Origin: Clostridia bacterium
GTDB lineage: Bacteria > Bacillota > Clostridia > Christensenellales > QALW01
NCBI GenBank assembly: GCA_045541035.1
Contig: JAZQII010000057.1
Location: 708-64,707, forward strand
Length of the DNA stretch: 64,000 nucleotides
Direction: 5' to 3'
This document shows positions 17,011 to 27,449 of this stretch, in pieces. The position numbers were made by a program, and so were the translations under genes. Under the pieces are notes generated by a model. It worked only from the letters and a program-made list of their open reading frames with translations, made no database searches and was not told the DNA's origin. How positions within the stretch are numbered: the stretch's first letter is position 1; each line of letters starts with the position of its first letter.

Positions 17011-20000
17011 ATGAAAAAAATCATTTCTTTAGCAATTTCCATATCAATTGCCATCGGTTTGTTTGCCGGATTGAACTTTAACGTTTCTATTCGGGCAGAA
17101 AGTGACGTTGCTGATCCATCAGTAACACCCATCGCAACATCTACTCCTACTCCTTCAGCTACAGCCATAGCAACTCCCACAGCTACACCTGCAACAAAGA
17201 AAGAAGTTGTAAACGGTAACGTTGAAAACGGCCTTGTAAACTGGGATAAGTTTGCAGCAGCAGGCGGTAAGGTTGAACTTACAACACCCGGTGCTGACGG
17301 CACAGGTCATGCAGCTAAGTTTACTGCTTCAGGTGTATATCATTCAATTGCATTTGACTTAGGTCCTGCAATCATTAACGCTCCTGAACACGGCTATAAC
17401 GGCGGCGGCGCAGGTTTGTACATGATCAGCTTCTGGGTAAAGGCTGATGCTAACGAAACAAACAACAAGTTTATATTCTTTCTTAACAGTCAGGCGCATC
17501 ATAGTCCCAATAATAAAGTGGGTGACTACACCGTTACAATGAACACCTACATCTCATCAGATTCTGTTACAATGACAACTGAGTGGCAGTATTTTGAGAC
17601 AACAATTGCTGTAACACAGGCATTCCTTGATAACCTTAAGGGTATCTATGATGCAGGCAAGCCTTCTGCATATCAGCTTATTCTCCGTCTTGACGGTTCA
17701 GGTTCTGCAAGTGCATTTGCAAACAGTGAGTTTTTCTCATATCATGTAGATGATGTTGCAATTTTAAAGACTTCAGATACAATTCCCACACCTACACCTA
17801 CACCTACACCTGTACCCACACCCACACCTACACCTCATCCGGTGTTACAGCATCTCACATATAGCACTTCCATCGGCAAAGTTACAATCACCGATTGCAA
17901 TACTTCAGTAAGCGGTGCATTGGAAATCCCCGCAACTATTGATGGTTATCCGGTAACAAGCATTGGCGATTCTGCATTCCGTAATTGCAGCAGTTTAACA
18001 AGCGTAACAATACCCGATAGTGTTACAAGTATTGGTGATTGGGCATTCGAAGGTTGCAGTAATTTAACAAGCGTAACAATACCCGACAGCGTAACAAGTA
18101 TTGGTTATGATGCATTCTATAATACTGCATATTATAATAACAGTAACAGATGGTCAAATAATGTTTTATACATAAACAATCATTTGGTTAAAGCAAAAAA
18201 CACAATTTCAGGTGAATATGCAATAAAAACAGGGACAAAAACTATTGCAACTTCTGCATTCGAAGGTTGCAGCGGTTTAACCAGCATAACAATACCCGAT
18301 AGTGTAACAAGTATTGATGGGCATGCATTTGGAGGTTGCAGCAGTTTAACCAGCATAACGATACCCGATAGTGTAACAAGCATTGGTAAATGGGCTTTCG
18401 AATATTGCAGCAGTTTAACAAGCGTAACAATAGGTAATAGCGTAACGAGTATTGGTGTGGCTGCATTCGAAGAATGCAAAAGTTTAACCAGCATAATAAT
18501 ACCCGATAGTGTAACAAGTATTGGTGGTCAGGCATTTGCTTGTTGCAATAGTTTGACAAGCGTAACAATAGGTAATAGCGTAACAAATATTGGTGAAAGG
18601 GCATTCTGCGGTTGTGATGGTTTAACCAGTATAACAATACCCGATAGCGTTATAAGTATTGGTGTTGATGCTTTCTCTGATTGCAGCAGTTTAAGCAGCA
18701 TAACAGTCGATGAAAATAATAAAAAGTATTATTCTGAAAATAATTGCCTTATTGAAAAAGACACAAACACGCTTATTTTAGGATGCAAAAATAGTGTTGT
18801 TCCCGATAGCGTGACAAGTATTGGTGATTCTGCATTCTATGGTTGCAGCAGTTTAACAAGCATAACAATACCCGATAGCGTAACAAGTATTGGTAGGTCT
18901 GCATTCTATGGTTGCAGCAGTTTAACAAGCATAATAATACCCGATAGCGTTACAAGTATTGGTACTTCTGCATTCCGTGATTGCAGCAGTTTAACAAGCG
19001 TAACGATACCCGATAGCGTTACAAGTATTGGTGATTCTGCATTCAATGGTTGCAGCAGTTTAACAAGCGTAACAATCCCCGATAGCGTTACAAGTATTGG
19101 CGCTATGGCATTCGAATATTGCAGCAATTTAACTAGCATAATAATACCCGATAGCGTTACAAGTATTGGTTATGAGGCATTCGCCGGTTGCAGCAGTTTA
19201 ACCAGCATAACAATACCCGATAGTGTAACAAGTATTGGTAGTTCTGCATTCGCCGGTTGCAGCAGTTTAACAAGCGTAACAATAGGTAATAGCGTAACGA
19301 GTATTGGTGTGGCTGCATTCGCCGGTTGCAGCAGTTTAACAAGCGTAACAATTCCCGATAGCGTTACAAGTATTGGTTATGAGGCATTCAATGGTTGCAG
19401 CAGTTTAACCAGCATAACAATCCCTGATAGCGTAACAAGTATTGGTGATGATGCATTCCATGATTGCAGCAGTTTAACCAGCATAACAATACCCGATAGT
19501 GTAACAAGTATTGACCATGGGGCATTCGCCAGTTGCAGCGGTTTAACAAGCATAACTGTTGATGAAAATAATGAAAAGTATTATTCTGAAAATAATTGCC
19601 TTATTGAAAAAGACACAAACACGCTTATTTTAGGATGCAAAAATAGTGTTATCCCAAATTGTATTACAAGTATTGGTGATCTTGCATTCTATAATTGCAG
19701 CAGTATAACAAGCATAACAATCCCCGATAGCGTTACAAGCATTGGCGATTCTGCATTCCGTAATTGCAGCAGTTTAACTAGCATAACAATACCTGATAGC
19801 GTAACAAGTATCGGTGATGATGCATTCAATGGTTGCAGCAGTTTAACAAGCGTAACGATACCCGATAGCGTAACAAGTATTGGTGGTTATGCATTCTCTG
19901 GTTGCAGCAGTTTAACAAGCATAACAATACCCGATAGCGTTACAAGTATTGGTTGGTATTCATTCTCTCGTTGCAGCGGTTTAACCAGCATAACAATACC

Positions 20001-21153
20001 CGATAGCGTAACAAGTATTGGCTATAATGCATTCCGTGATTGCAACAGTTTAAACACAGTATATTATATAGGCACAACAGAACAGTGGAATAATATTGTA
20101 ATTGATAATGGCAATGAGTATCTGACAACCGCAAATATTGTTTACAATTATGTTGTTGCTACACCTACACCTGTAGTTACTCCCACACCCACATCTACGC
20201 CTACACCCACACCTACACCCACACCTACATCTACACCTACACCTACACCAGCACCAATTTTTCAAGGCACAATCACCGGTGCGACCGTTGATATCGGATC
20301 AAGTCTTACCATCAACTATTTTGCTGAAGCACCTGAAGATGCTAAAATGAAATTTACTTCATCAAGCGGCAGAATTACAGAAGTTAATGGCGTTTATGAT
20401 GAAAAGACGGGCTATTATAAGTTTGCATACACGGGCATCAATCCTCAGTGTATGGGTGATACTATTAAGGCTGAACTTATGTGGGGGGATTATGTTCTTG
20501 ACACAAAGGAAAGCTACAGCGTAAAAGCATATTGTGAAAACCAGATATCAAAGTCCGCAAGTGATTTAGGCTTAACCGAAACTCAATATAACGCCCTTAA
20601 AACTCTTCTTGCCGATATGCTCGTTTACGGAAGCGAAGCACAGAAATATAAGGAGTATAATGTTTCCGAACTTCCTGATGTTGGCGAATGGGTAAGCACA
20701 AATAAAAGCACGTTTACTTCACCTACGGGCGTTAAAAAGGTAACGGGCAATGCTGATGCTGAAAACAAGGTAAAGTCCGTTGGCTTAAATATGGCAAACG
20801 TAAACAGAATCTACTTTAAATTGATTCTCAATGATGAAAACGTTGTTATTAAGTTGAATAATAAAGTAATTGACCGTTCAACCCTTATTACAAATGCTGA
20901 CGGAACGTTCTCACTTTATTCTTCCAATATTAAGGCAACGGGATTTGATAACGTTCACACCTTAACTCTCACACAAGGCGAAGAAGTTATTTCAACAGTT
21001 GAATATAACGTTAACGCATATATTCAATCAAAGAATGCTGATGCAACCGTAGGAGATATAGTAAAGGCATTATCTAACTACGGCACATCTGCAAAGCGTT
21101 ATCATAACTTTATTTCAGATGATGATTTTGATCTTGAAGGTGACGATCTTTAA
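17011..21153 (+). CDS. secreted giant BspA-type leucine-rich-repeat surface protein (CBM-like domain, PT linkers, LRR array, conserved C-terminal domain)
   Basis: Signal peptide MKKIISLAISISIAIGLFAG and TPTPTP linkers. There are dozens of 23-aa units of the form SLTS(I/V)[17 protein letters not shown]. The last ~295 aa are shared with 23378..26692. Confidence 0.85.
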   Translation: MKKIISLAISISIAIGLFAGLNFNVSIRAESDVADPSVTPIATSTPTPSATAIATPTATPATKKEVVNGNVENGLVNWDKFAAAGGKVELTTPGADGTGHAAKFTASGVYHSIAFDLGPAIINAPEHGYNGGGAGLYMISFWVKADANETNNKFIFFLNSQAHHSPNNKVGDYTVTMNTYISSDSVTMTTEWQYFETTIAVTQAFLDNLKGIYDAGKPSAYQLILRLDGSGSASAFANSEFFSYHVDDVAILKTSDTIPTPTPTPTPVPTPTPTPHPVLQHLTYSTSIGKVTITDCNTSVSGALEIPATIDGYPVTSIGDSAFRNCSSLTSVTIPDSVTSIGDWAFEGCSNLTSVTIPDSVTSIGYDAFYNTAYYNNSNRWSNNVLYINNHLVKAKNTISGEYAIKTGTKTIATSAFEGCSGLTSITIPDSVTSIDGHAFGGCSSLTSITIPDSVTSIGKWAFEYCSSLTSVTIGNSVTSIGVAAFEECKSLTSIIIPDSVTSIGGQAFACCNSLTSVTIGNSVTNIGERAFCGCDGLTSITIPDSVISIGVDAFSDCSSLSSITVDENNKKYYSENNCLIEKDTNTLILGCKNSVVPDSVTSIGDSAFYGCSSLTSITIPDSVTSIGRSAFYGCSSLTSIIIPDSVTSIGTSAFRDCSSLTSVTIPDSVTSIGDSAFNGCSSLTSVTIPDSVTSIGAMAFEYCSNLTSIIIPDSVTSIGYEAFAGCSSLTSITIPDSVTSIGSSAFAGCSSLTSVTIGNSVTSIGVAAFAGCSSLTSVTIPDSVTSIGYEAFNGCSSLTSITIPDSVTSIGDDAFHDCSSLTSITIPDSVTSIDHGAFASCSGLTSITVDENNEKYYSENNCLIEKDTNTLILGCKNSVIPNCITSIGDLAFYNCSSITSITIPDSVTSIGDSAFRNCSSLTSITIPDSVTSIGDDAFNGCSSLTSVTIPDSVTSIGGYAFSGCSSLTSITIPDSVTSIGWYSFSRCSGLTSITIPDSVTSIGYNAFRDCNSLNTVYYIGTTEQWNNIVIDNGNEYLTTANIVYNYVVATPTPVVTPTPTSTPTPTPTPTPTSTPTPTPAPIFQGTITGATVDIGSSLTINYFAEAPEDAKMKFTSSSGRITEVNGVYDEKTGYYKFAYTGINPQCMGDTIKAELMWGDYVLDTKESYSVKAYCENQISKSASDLGLTETQYNALKTLLADMLVYGSEAQKYKEYNVSELPDVGEWVSTNKSTFTSPTGVKKVTGNADAENKVKSVGLNMANVNRIYFKLILNDENVVIKLNNKVIDRSTLITNADGTFSLYSSNIKATGFDNVHTLTLTQGEEVISTVEYNVNAYIQSKNADATVGDIVKALSNYGTSAKRYHNFISDDDFDLEGDDL
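17850..20100 (+). repeat. in-frame 69-bp tandem coding repeats (LRR array) with an internal ~852-bp segmental duplication
   Basis: Near-identical units repeat throughout. The block GATGAAAATAAT(A/G)AAAAGTATTATTCTGAAAATAATTGCC... occurs at 18709 and again at 19561. Confidence 0.85.
20266..21153 (+). repeat. inner inverted repeat, arm 1 (codes the shared C-terminal domain)
   Basis: Reverse-complement match to 23378-24275. Most positions are identical by eye. Confidence 0.85.
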
Positions 21154-21159
21154 TACACC

Positions 21160-21192
21160 AAACTCCCGAAAATTTTCGGGAGTTTATTTTTC
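21160..21192 (+). terminator. intrinsic terminator
   Basis: AACTCCCGAAA / TTTCGGGAGTT stem followed by a T run. Confidence 0.8.
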
Positions 21193-21276
21193 ACAATAAT
21201 AAGTTTATTTTTAATCTTTAACTTTTAAGAAAAATATGGTAAAATAGATAAAAACAATAAAATAGGGAGAGTTTTT

Positions 21277-23337
21277 ATGGATAATTTTGTTTTTCCTTAT
21301 GATCTTGAAGGGTTAATTGACGTTACAAAACCGCCTTACAATGCCGATAACACGGGCAAGACCGATTGCACTAAGGCATTATGTCAGGCGATAGACGATA
21401 TTTTTCTTGAATATAAGCGTGCCTTTGACAAGACCGTTGAAAAGGTGAACAACACCGAGGGCGACGAAGTGTGGATCGGCTTTGAGATCCGCAGAGTTGA
21501 CGGCGTAAACTGCATTATTTGGCCTGAAAAGTTACCTCCCTCAAAGATAATCTATTTCCCCAACGGCACCTATCTTGTTTCTGACACAATCACTTATTCC
21601 TTAGAGCATTTCAGGAACATTTTCAACAACGTTCCCTATCTTGAAATGAACTGTCGCTTGCGCCTTATCGGGCAGAGTATGGAGGGCGTAACAATAAAAC
21701 TTCAGGATAACTGCAAGGGCTTTGAATATGGTACTGACCGCCCCGTTATCTCCTTTATGCGCGGTGAAGCATCAAACATTGCAATGACCAATATGCTCGA
21801 AAACTTCACCATTGATATCGGCAAGAATAACCCAGGTGCAACGGGTGTGGTTCATTTTGCCAATAATACGGGCGCGGCACGAAATCTTCGCATAATTTCA
21901 TCTGACGATAATTTCCGCGGAAGCGCAGGCTTTGCCATTATTCACGATAAGGCTTCTGCATGCATCGCAGATAATATTGAAGTTATCGGCTTTGATTATG
22001 GCTTCAAGGTAACGCCCCAAACGCACTTTGCATTCTTTGAGCATATTAAGGCAAAGAATCAGAAGCGCGCAGGCTTCTTTGTTGGCGATACCATCGTTTC
22101 CATTCACGATTACGAAAGCGAAAACGCTTGCCCTGCCTTACGTTGCACCGGCTTTGACGGACACACCGTTTGCATTGACGGTCGCTTTAAGGGCACAACG
22201 ATGAATGATTTTGCCGTGCGCCACGAGTTCGGCACACTTTATTTAAGGGATATTTTGGTGGAAAACTATTTCCACTCAATGTTCGGCTACTGTTCAGGCT
22301 ACGTTGACGGCGATTTAAAAGAATATTCATCCCACGGTCACGTTATGGGTCTTGATAAAGGCGAAGCCTTAACACTTAATCTGCCCATTGAAAGCACACC
22401 GAAAATTCCTTGGGAAGAACCTGAAAAGTGGGTTTCGGTAAATTCATTCGGTGCAGTTGGCGACGGCAAAACGCCTTGTTCTGATGCCATTCAAAAGGCT
22501 CTTGATTCAGGGGCATCAACGGTTTATTTTCAGCCGGGCAACTATTTAATTGATAAGCAGATAGTTATTCCCCCAACGGTAAACCGCATTAACTTTATGT
22601 ATTGCGACCTTTGTAACACTGATGAAATGAAAGAGCTTACCCACACGGGCGTATTTAAGGTTACGGGCGAAAGCGAAACTCCCCTTATTATTGAGGATCT
22701 TTTTGCCTTTGAGTATCTTTCGGGAATGAACACCTTAGTCGATCACGCTTCAACGCGAACACTTATTTTATCTGATCTTCACACTCAGGCACTTTCAATG
22801 TACTTTAACTCCGTTGAGGGCGGAAAAGTGTTTATGGAAAACGTAGGCTGTACTTTAGGCGGAATCCCCGGCACGGGCGGTCTTACCGATGAGGGCGAAA
22901 AGGAAAGAGAAAAACAGTTCCACTATTCACGTTCAACGCCCTGCTATCACTTTAAGGGACAAAAGGTTTGGGCTAGACAAATAAACCCCGAACGCAGTAA
23001 AACAGAGATCTTAAACGATCATTCCGACCTGTGGGTTTTGGGCTTTAAGGCTGAGGAAGAAGGCACCGCCTTTGAAACCATCAACGGCGGACGCACCGAG
23101 GTTTTCGGTGGAACACTTTGCATCTGCTACCGCGACCGTTTCCCTGCAATTATAAACCGTGATAGCGCAGTAAGCTTCATTTCCTCTTCCATCACCTATG
23201 CCAAGGACAAAATGTGGTCCCGCATCGTTGAGGAACATAAAGGCAACGAAACCCTCACCTTAACAAAAGACCAATTCCCCATCCGCTTTATGGACGTCAT
23301 CAGCGTTCCCCTTTATAAGGGTGATTTGAGGAAGTAA
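21277..23337 (+). CDS. two-lobed right-handed beta-helix protein (pectate-lyase superfamily / GH55-like)
   Basis: Two copies of the N-cap motif seen in Pectate_lyase_3/GH55 proteins (YNADNTGKTDCTKALCQAI; FGAVGDGKTPCSDAIQKALDSG). No signal peptide. Confidence 0.5.
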   Translation: MDNFVFPYDLEGLIDVTKPPYNADNTGKTDCTKALCQAIDDIFLEYKRAFDKTVEKVNNTEGDEVWIGFEIRRVDGVNCIIWPEKLPPSKIIYFPNGTYLVSDTITYSLEHFRNIFNNVPYLEMNCRLRLIGQSMEGVTIKLQDNCKGFEYGTDRPVISFMRGEASNIAMTNMLENFTIDIGKNNPGATGVVHFANNTGAARNLRIISSDDNFRGSAGFAIIHDKASACIADNIEVIGFDYGFKVTPQTHFAFFEHIKAKNQKRAGFFVGDTIVSIHDYESENACPALRCTGFDGHTVCIDGRFKGTTMNDFAVRHEFGTLYLRDILVENYFHSMFGYCSGYVDGDLKEYSSHGHVMGLDKGEALTLNLPIESTPKIPWEEPEKWVSVNSFGAVGDGKTPCSDAIQKALDSGASTVYFQPGNYLIDKQIVIPPTVNRINFMYCDLCNTDEMKELTHTGVFKVTGESETPLIIEDLFAFEYLSGMNTLVDHASTRTLILSDLHTQALSMYFNSVEGGKVFMENVGCTLGGIPGTGGLTDEGEKEREKQFHYSRSTPCYHFKGQKVWARQINPERSKTEILNDHSDLWVLGFKAEEEGTAFETINGGRTEVFGGTLCICYRDRFPAIINRDSAVSFISSSITYAKDKMWSRIVEEHKGNETLTLTKDQFPIRFMDVISVPLYKGDLRK

Positions 23338-23342
23338 TAGAA

Positions 23343-23375
23343 AAGACAGAAGTTTTAAAACTTCTGTCTTTTTTG
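23343..23375. terminator. bidirectional intrinsic terminator
   Basis: AAGACAGAAGTT-ttaa-AACTTCTGTCTT flanked by A and T runs, between convergent genes. Confidence 0.8.
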
Positions 23376-23377
23376 TG

Positions 23378-24275
23378 TTAAAGGATATCATCCTCAAGCT
23401 CGAACTGATTATCGCCAATTGGTTTAAATGAATCTGCATAATCAGCTGCCGACTTACCGTAGTTCGATAATGCTTTTACTATATTGCCAACCTTGGCATC
23501 AGCGTTCTTTGACTGAATATATGCGTTTACGTTATATTCAACTGTTGAAATAACATCTTCGCCTTGTGTAAGAGTTAAGGTATAAACATCATCAAAGCCC
23601 GTTGCATAGATATCCGAGGAATACAACATATATGTTCCGTCAGTATTTTTTATTAACTCTGCGCGGTCAATTACTTTATTATTCAACTTAATAACGACGT
23701 TTTCATCATTGAGAATCATTTTAAAGTAGATTCTGTTTACGTTCGCCATATTAAGACCAACAGATTTTACCTTGTTTTCAGCATCGGCATTGCCCGTTAC
23801 CTTTTTAACACCATCAGGAGTTTTAAAGGTGCTCTTATATTCGCTTACCCATTCACTTGCATCAGGAAGCTCGGAAACATTATAATCTTTATATTTTTGC
23901 GCTTCGCTTCCGTAAACAAGCATATCGGCAAGAAGAGTTTTAAGGGCGTTATATTGAGTTTCGGTTAAGCCTAAATCACTTGCAGATTTTGAGATCTGAT
24001 TTTCGCAATATGATTTTATGCTGTAGCTTTCCTTGGTGTCAAGAACATAATCCCCCCACATAAGTTCAGCCTTAATAGTATCACCCATACACTGAGGATT
24101 GATGCCCGTATATGCAAACTTATAATAGCCCGTCTTTTCATCAAGAACGCCATTAACTTCTGTAATTCTGCCGCTTGATGAAGTGAACTTCATTTTAGCA
24201 TCTTCAGGTGCTTCAGCAAAATAGTTGATGGTAAGAGTTGAGCCTACGTCAACGGTCGCACCGGTGACTGTGCCT
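23378..24275 (-). repeat. inner inverted repeat, arm 2
   Basis: Reverse complement of 20266-21153. It codes [42 protein letters not shown]... Confidence 0.85.
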
Positions 24276-26692
24276 TGGGGCTCTAATGTTTTAACTATAA
24301 GTGAAGCACTTAATGAACTTGCATAATATTTATCAGATTCAGCCTTTCGCTGATAGAAGAGATAGTTTGTTTCAGGATCAAGGTCAGTAAACACATTGCT
24401 TTCCTGCCAAGATACAGTATCCATCGAATACTCATAGCCATCAAATTTATTAAGGGTTATAGTATTATGAGTTTTATTTAAAAGCGTTGGTGTGTTAGGT
24501 GCTGTTTGTGTCCCTTTATCGGTTTTAAGTGTTGCGCCTGAACTTGATTTGCCAGCGTAATGGGTTTCACTTTCAGCATAACGTTGATAAAAAGTATGTT
24601 CTGTTCCACAATCGAGACCGTTAAATACGTTGCTTGCTTGCCATGTTTTGCCGTCAAGCGAATATTCACAGCCGTTAACAATATTAAGTGTTATGCTGTT
24701 TGCGGTAAAACTTTTTGCAGTTGGTGCCTCGGGAACAAGCATTTGCTTTGCCTTTTCCGTCTTAAATGTAATGCTTGCGCTTACGTTGCTAGCCTCGTGA
24801 GTTTCGTTTTCCTTGTAACGCTGATAGAAGGTATATTCTGTTCCGCTTAACAGATTACTGAACACATTGCTATCCTGCCAAGTAATGCCATCAAGAGAAT
24901 ATTCGCCATCTGTAAGATTCATAAGTGTTACGGAAGTATCGGTGAAATTTAACACTACGGGTGCCGATGGAGTGTTTTGTGCTGATTTAAAGGTAACAGA
25001 TACGCTTTCACTTATTTCACTTACCAATGCAATGCTTGATGCCTTTACCCTTTGATAAAATGTATAAGTTGTATCAGGTGAAAGATTTGCAAAAATATTG
25101 CTATTCTGCCATGTTATACCATCCTTTGAATATTCAAAACCTTCAAGTTTTACCAAAGTAACACTACTGTTAGTTTTACTTTCAACAATAGGCTTTTCAG
25201 GTGCTTTGCTATATTTACAAATATCGCAGGTGTGATTATTATTAAGCGTATAATTATGGTCAGGCACTGTGCGAATATCTTTACAAATATTGCATTCTGT
25301 ATCGCAAGCGTTGTCATAAGTATGAGTAATTGTTCTTATAAACTTACAAATATTACATTCTGTGTCACAGGTATTATCGTAAGTATGAGTAATTGTTCTT
25401 ACAAATTGACAAACGTTACATTCTGTATCGCAAACGTTGTCGAATGTATGTTCTGCTCTTTGAATACAACTGTTATAATAACGTGTTGCGTTTATTAAAT
25501 AACTATTACTATCGCCTTCTATTGAAATACTATTCCATTGCGCCTGTGTGCCGGTGTAATATACTGTCTTTAATTTGCTGCAACCATAGAATGCATGACC
25601 ACCAATACTTGTTACACTATCAGGTATCGTTACGCTTGTTAAACTACTGCAACCTTCGAATGCCATAGCACTAATACTTGTTACGCTATCAGGTATCGTT
25701 ACGCTTGTTAAACTGCTGCAATCACGGAATGCAGAATAACCAATACTTGTTACGCTATCACCTATTGTTACGCTTGTTAAACCGCTGCAACCATAGAATG
25801 CAGAATCGCCAATACTTGTTACGCTGTCGGGGATCGTTATACTTGTTAAACCGCTGCAATTAGCGAATGCAAAATCGCCAATATTTGTAACGCCATCAGG
25901 TATTGTTACGCTTGTTAAACTGCTGCAACCATAGAATGCACCACTACCAATACTTGTTACGGGATAGCCTTCAATCGTTGCGGGAATTTCCAATGTGCCA
26001 ATTGTCGAAGTGTTACAATCTATAATTGAAACTTTGCTGTTGTTGGAAATGCTATAACTATATGTAAGATACTGTAATATTGCATTAACGTAACCACAAT
26101 TCCATGTAGTGAACATTGTACCAACCAAATCGCCTTCTTCTGCTTCAATAACGAATGCAGTGCCAGAAGGTGCCGCTATGCCATCAACAGTATTGATATT
26201 TATGCGCATAAATAACTTTGAAACATCAACATACTGAATACCATTTAAAATATTGTCATTAACAATAATTACCTTGCCTGTTTCTGAGTCAATGGGAACT
26301 TCAATTACAAATGTATGCTTTTCACCGGGATGAATTACAGCAGTCTGGTCATAACCATACCAGCCCATTCCTCCTTCAGCGTTAACTGCAACTGTAGACT
26401 GAACGCAGTAGGAAAGGCTAATAGCATAACTGTTAAGGTTATAGAATGTTTGTGTCGAAGTAATATAGCCATTCTTTACGTCATCAGCAGTAAATACGTT
26501 TGCGCTTGAGGTAACATAATAATTGCTTGTTGTTTTTTTAAAGAAATAACCTGCTACGGTTTCCGTCTCTTTTGTTGATATAGAGGATGTAAGAGGTGTA
26601 TTTTTTTCTTCAGCACTAACAGTAAACATTACCATACTTACACAAGAAATTGCAAGTGTAAGTATAAGGATAAAAGATAATAATTTTTTCAT
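23378..26692 (-). CDS. secreted BspA-type LRR / Cys-rich repeat / FN3-like repeat surface protein with the shared C-terminal domain
   Basis: Signal peptide [21 protein letters not shown]. It has ~6 LRR units, three 21-aa HT(F/Y)DNxCDTECN(V/I)C repeats and four ~95-aa FN3-like repeats (..Y(S/E).DG.TWQ.SN.F..L...T.Y.FYQR). The C-terminal domain is shared with 17011..21153. Confidence 0.85.
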   Translation of the reverse strand: MKKLLSFILILTLAISCVSMVMFTVSAEEKNTPLTSSISTKETETVAGYFFKKTTSNYYVTSSANVFTADDVKNGYITSTQTFYNLNSYAISLSYCVQSTVAVNAEGGMGWYGYDQTAVIHPGEKHTFVIEVPIDSETGKVIIVNDNILNGIQYVDVSKLFMRININTVDGIAAPSGTAFVIEAEEGDLVGTMFTTWNCGYVNAILQYLTYSYSISNNSKVSIIDCNTSTIGTLEIPATIEGYPVTSIGSGAFYGCSSLTSVTIPDGVTNIGDFAFANCSGLTSITIPDSVTSIGDSAFYGCSGLTSVTIGDSVTSIGYSAFRDCSSLTSVTIPDSVTSISAMAFEGCSSLTSVTIPDSVTSIGGHAFYGCSKLKTVYYTGTQAQWNSISIEGDSNSYLINATRYYNSCIQRAEHTFDNVCDTECNVCQFVRTITHTYDNTCDTECNICKFIRTITHTYDNACDTECNICKDIRTVPDHNYTLNNNHTCDICKYSKAPEKPIVESKTNSSVTLVKLEGFEYSKDGITWQNSNIFANLSPDTTYTFYQRVKASSIALVSEISESVSVTFKSAQNTPSAPVVLNFTDTSVTLMNLTDGEYSLDGITWQDSNVFSNLLSGTEYTFYQRYKENETHEASNVSASITFKTEKAKQMLVPEAPTAKSFTANSITLNIVNGCEYSLDGKTWQASNVFNGLDCGTEHTFYQRYAESETHYAGKSSSGATLKTDKGTQTAPNTPTLLNKTHNTITLNKFDGYEYSMDTVSWQESNVFTDLDPETNYLFYQRKAESDKYYASSLSASLIVKTLEPQGTVTGATVDVGSTLTINYFAEAPEDAKMKFTSSSGRITEVNGVLDEKTGYYKFAYTGINPQCMGDTIKAELMWGDYVLDTKESYSIKSYCENQISKSASDLGLTETQYNALKTLLADMLVYGSEAQKYKDYNVSELPDASEWVSEYKSTFKTPDGVKKVTGNADAENKVKSVGLNMANVNRIYFKMILNDENVVIKLNNKVIDRAELIKNTDGTYMLYSSDIYATGFDDVYTLTLTQGEDVISTVEYNVNAYIQSKNADAKVGNIVKALSNYGKSAADYADSFKPIGDNQFELEDDIL

Positions 26693-26705
26693 ATTTTCCT
26701 CCTAT

Positions 26706-27419
26706 TTATGCCTTGTTGCTAAAAATTTTAATTAAATCGTTTATAACCCAGCCACCCGGAATGGTTTTTTCAATTGCTTCCAAGCCAAGACTGATACCAG
26801 CCTTTTTTAACTTCGTTAAAAAAGATTTTTCAGTAAATTTCTCATTAAGCTCTGAATCTTTTTGCGAACGCTCATTAAGATTTTTTATAAAGTCTTTTTT
26901 GAGCGTTTTCATTTCTTTTTCGTTAAGTTTTTTCTCTAACTGATAGATATGAAGCAATAACTCAATAAAATATCCCGGTGGAATTTTTAATAGCTTTGAG
27001 TTAAGCTGAACCTCCACAAAGCCGCCAAGTGCTTCTATTGCCTGTTGCAATTCAAGGTAGACATTAGGATCGGGAATGCTTATAACAATCCTATCAGCGT
27101 TATCAAATACGGCGTTTTTGCTATATTCAATAAATGCATCATACCATTTATACTCACGCGGATAAATTAACTGTTTTTTTACTTTTAGTTGCCTTACCGT
27201 TGCTTGAGTGATCCCCAATTTTTTGCTCATTTCATAATCATCAAAGTTTTGTCCCGATTCTATCAGCTTGTCTAAATAAATCGAAAACATCAACAAGTCT
27301 ATTTGTGATTTATTAAAGCTGCCGAAATTTACGTTGTAGTAATTTTCTGCAATTTTGTCAAACAGCTTTGCCTTTTCTTGAGCTGATAATGACTTCATAA
27401 GCTCTATTCCCTTGCTCAT
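26706..27419 (-). CDS. hypothetical protein with a putative HTH segment, co-transcribed with the LRR gene
   Basis: SD GAAGGGAG. The stop lies 13 nt before the LRR gene start. MSKKLGITQATVRQLK looks HTH-like. I do not recognise a family. Confidence 0.5.
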   Translation of the reverse strand: MSKGIELMKSLSAQEKAKLFDKIAENYYNVNFGSFNKSQIDLLMFSIYLDKLIESGQNFDDYEMSKKLGITQATVRQLKVKKQLIYPREYKWYDAFIEYSKNAVFDNADRIVISIPDPNVYLELQQAIEALGGFVEVQLNSKLLKIPPGYFIELLLHIYQLEKKLNEKEMKTLKKDFIKNLNERSQKDSELNEKFTEKSFLTKLKKAGISLGLEAIEKTIPGGWVINDLIKIFSNKA

Positions 27420-27449
27420 TTTTTCTCCCTTCGCCTAATTTTTAAAAAT

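Noticed and set aside
16896-17303. 135-aa minus-strand ORF, together with the many 60-130-aa ORFs antisense to or out of frame with the LRR, adhesin and PT-linker regions (for example 18242..18637, 20050..20265, 40786..41271, 44606..45037).
   Set aside because: They lie entirely within long, well-supported genes. Their low-complexity translations mirror the sense-strand repeats, and they have no SD sequences.
17850-20100. Regular ~69-bp periodicity that could be mistaken for a CRISPR array. The same applies to 25500-26080 on the other strand.
   Set aside because: The repeats are contiguous, with no unique spacers. They are in frame inside long ORFs and translate to BspA-type LRR units. No cas genes are present.
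25205-25475. CX3CX2C motifs (CDTECNVC) resembling the radical-SAM cluster-binding motif.
   Set aside because: They recur in tandem 21-aa repeats inside a secreted multi-domain surface protein. There is no SAM-binding (GGE-like) or TIM-barrel context.
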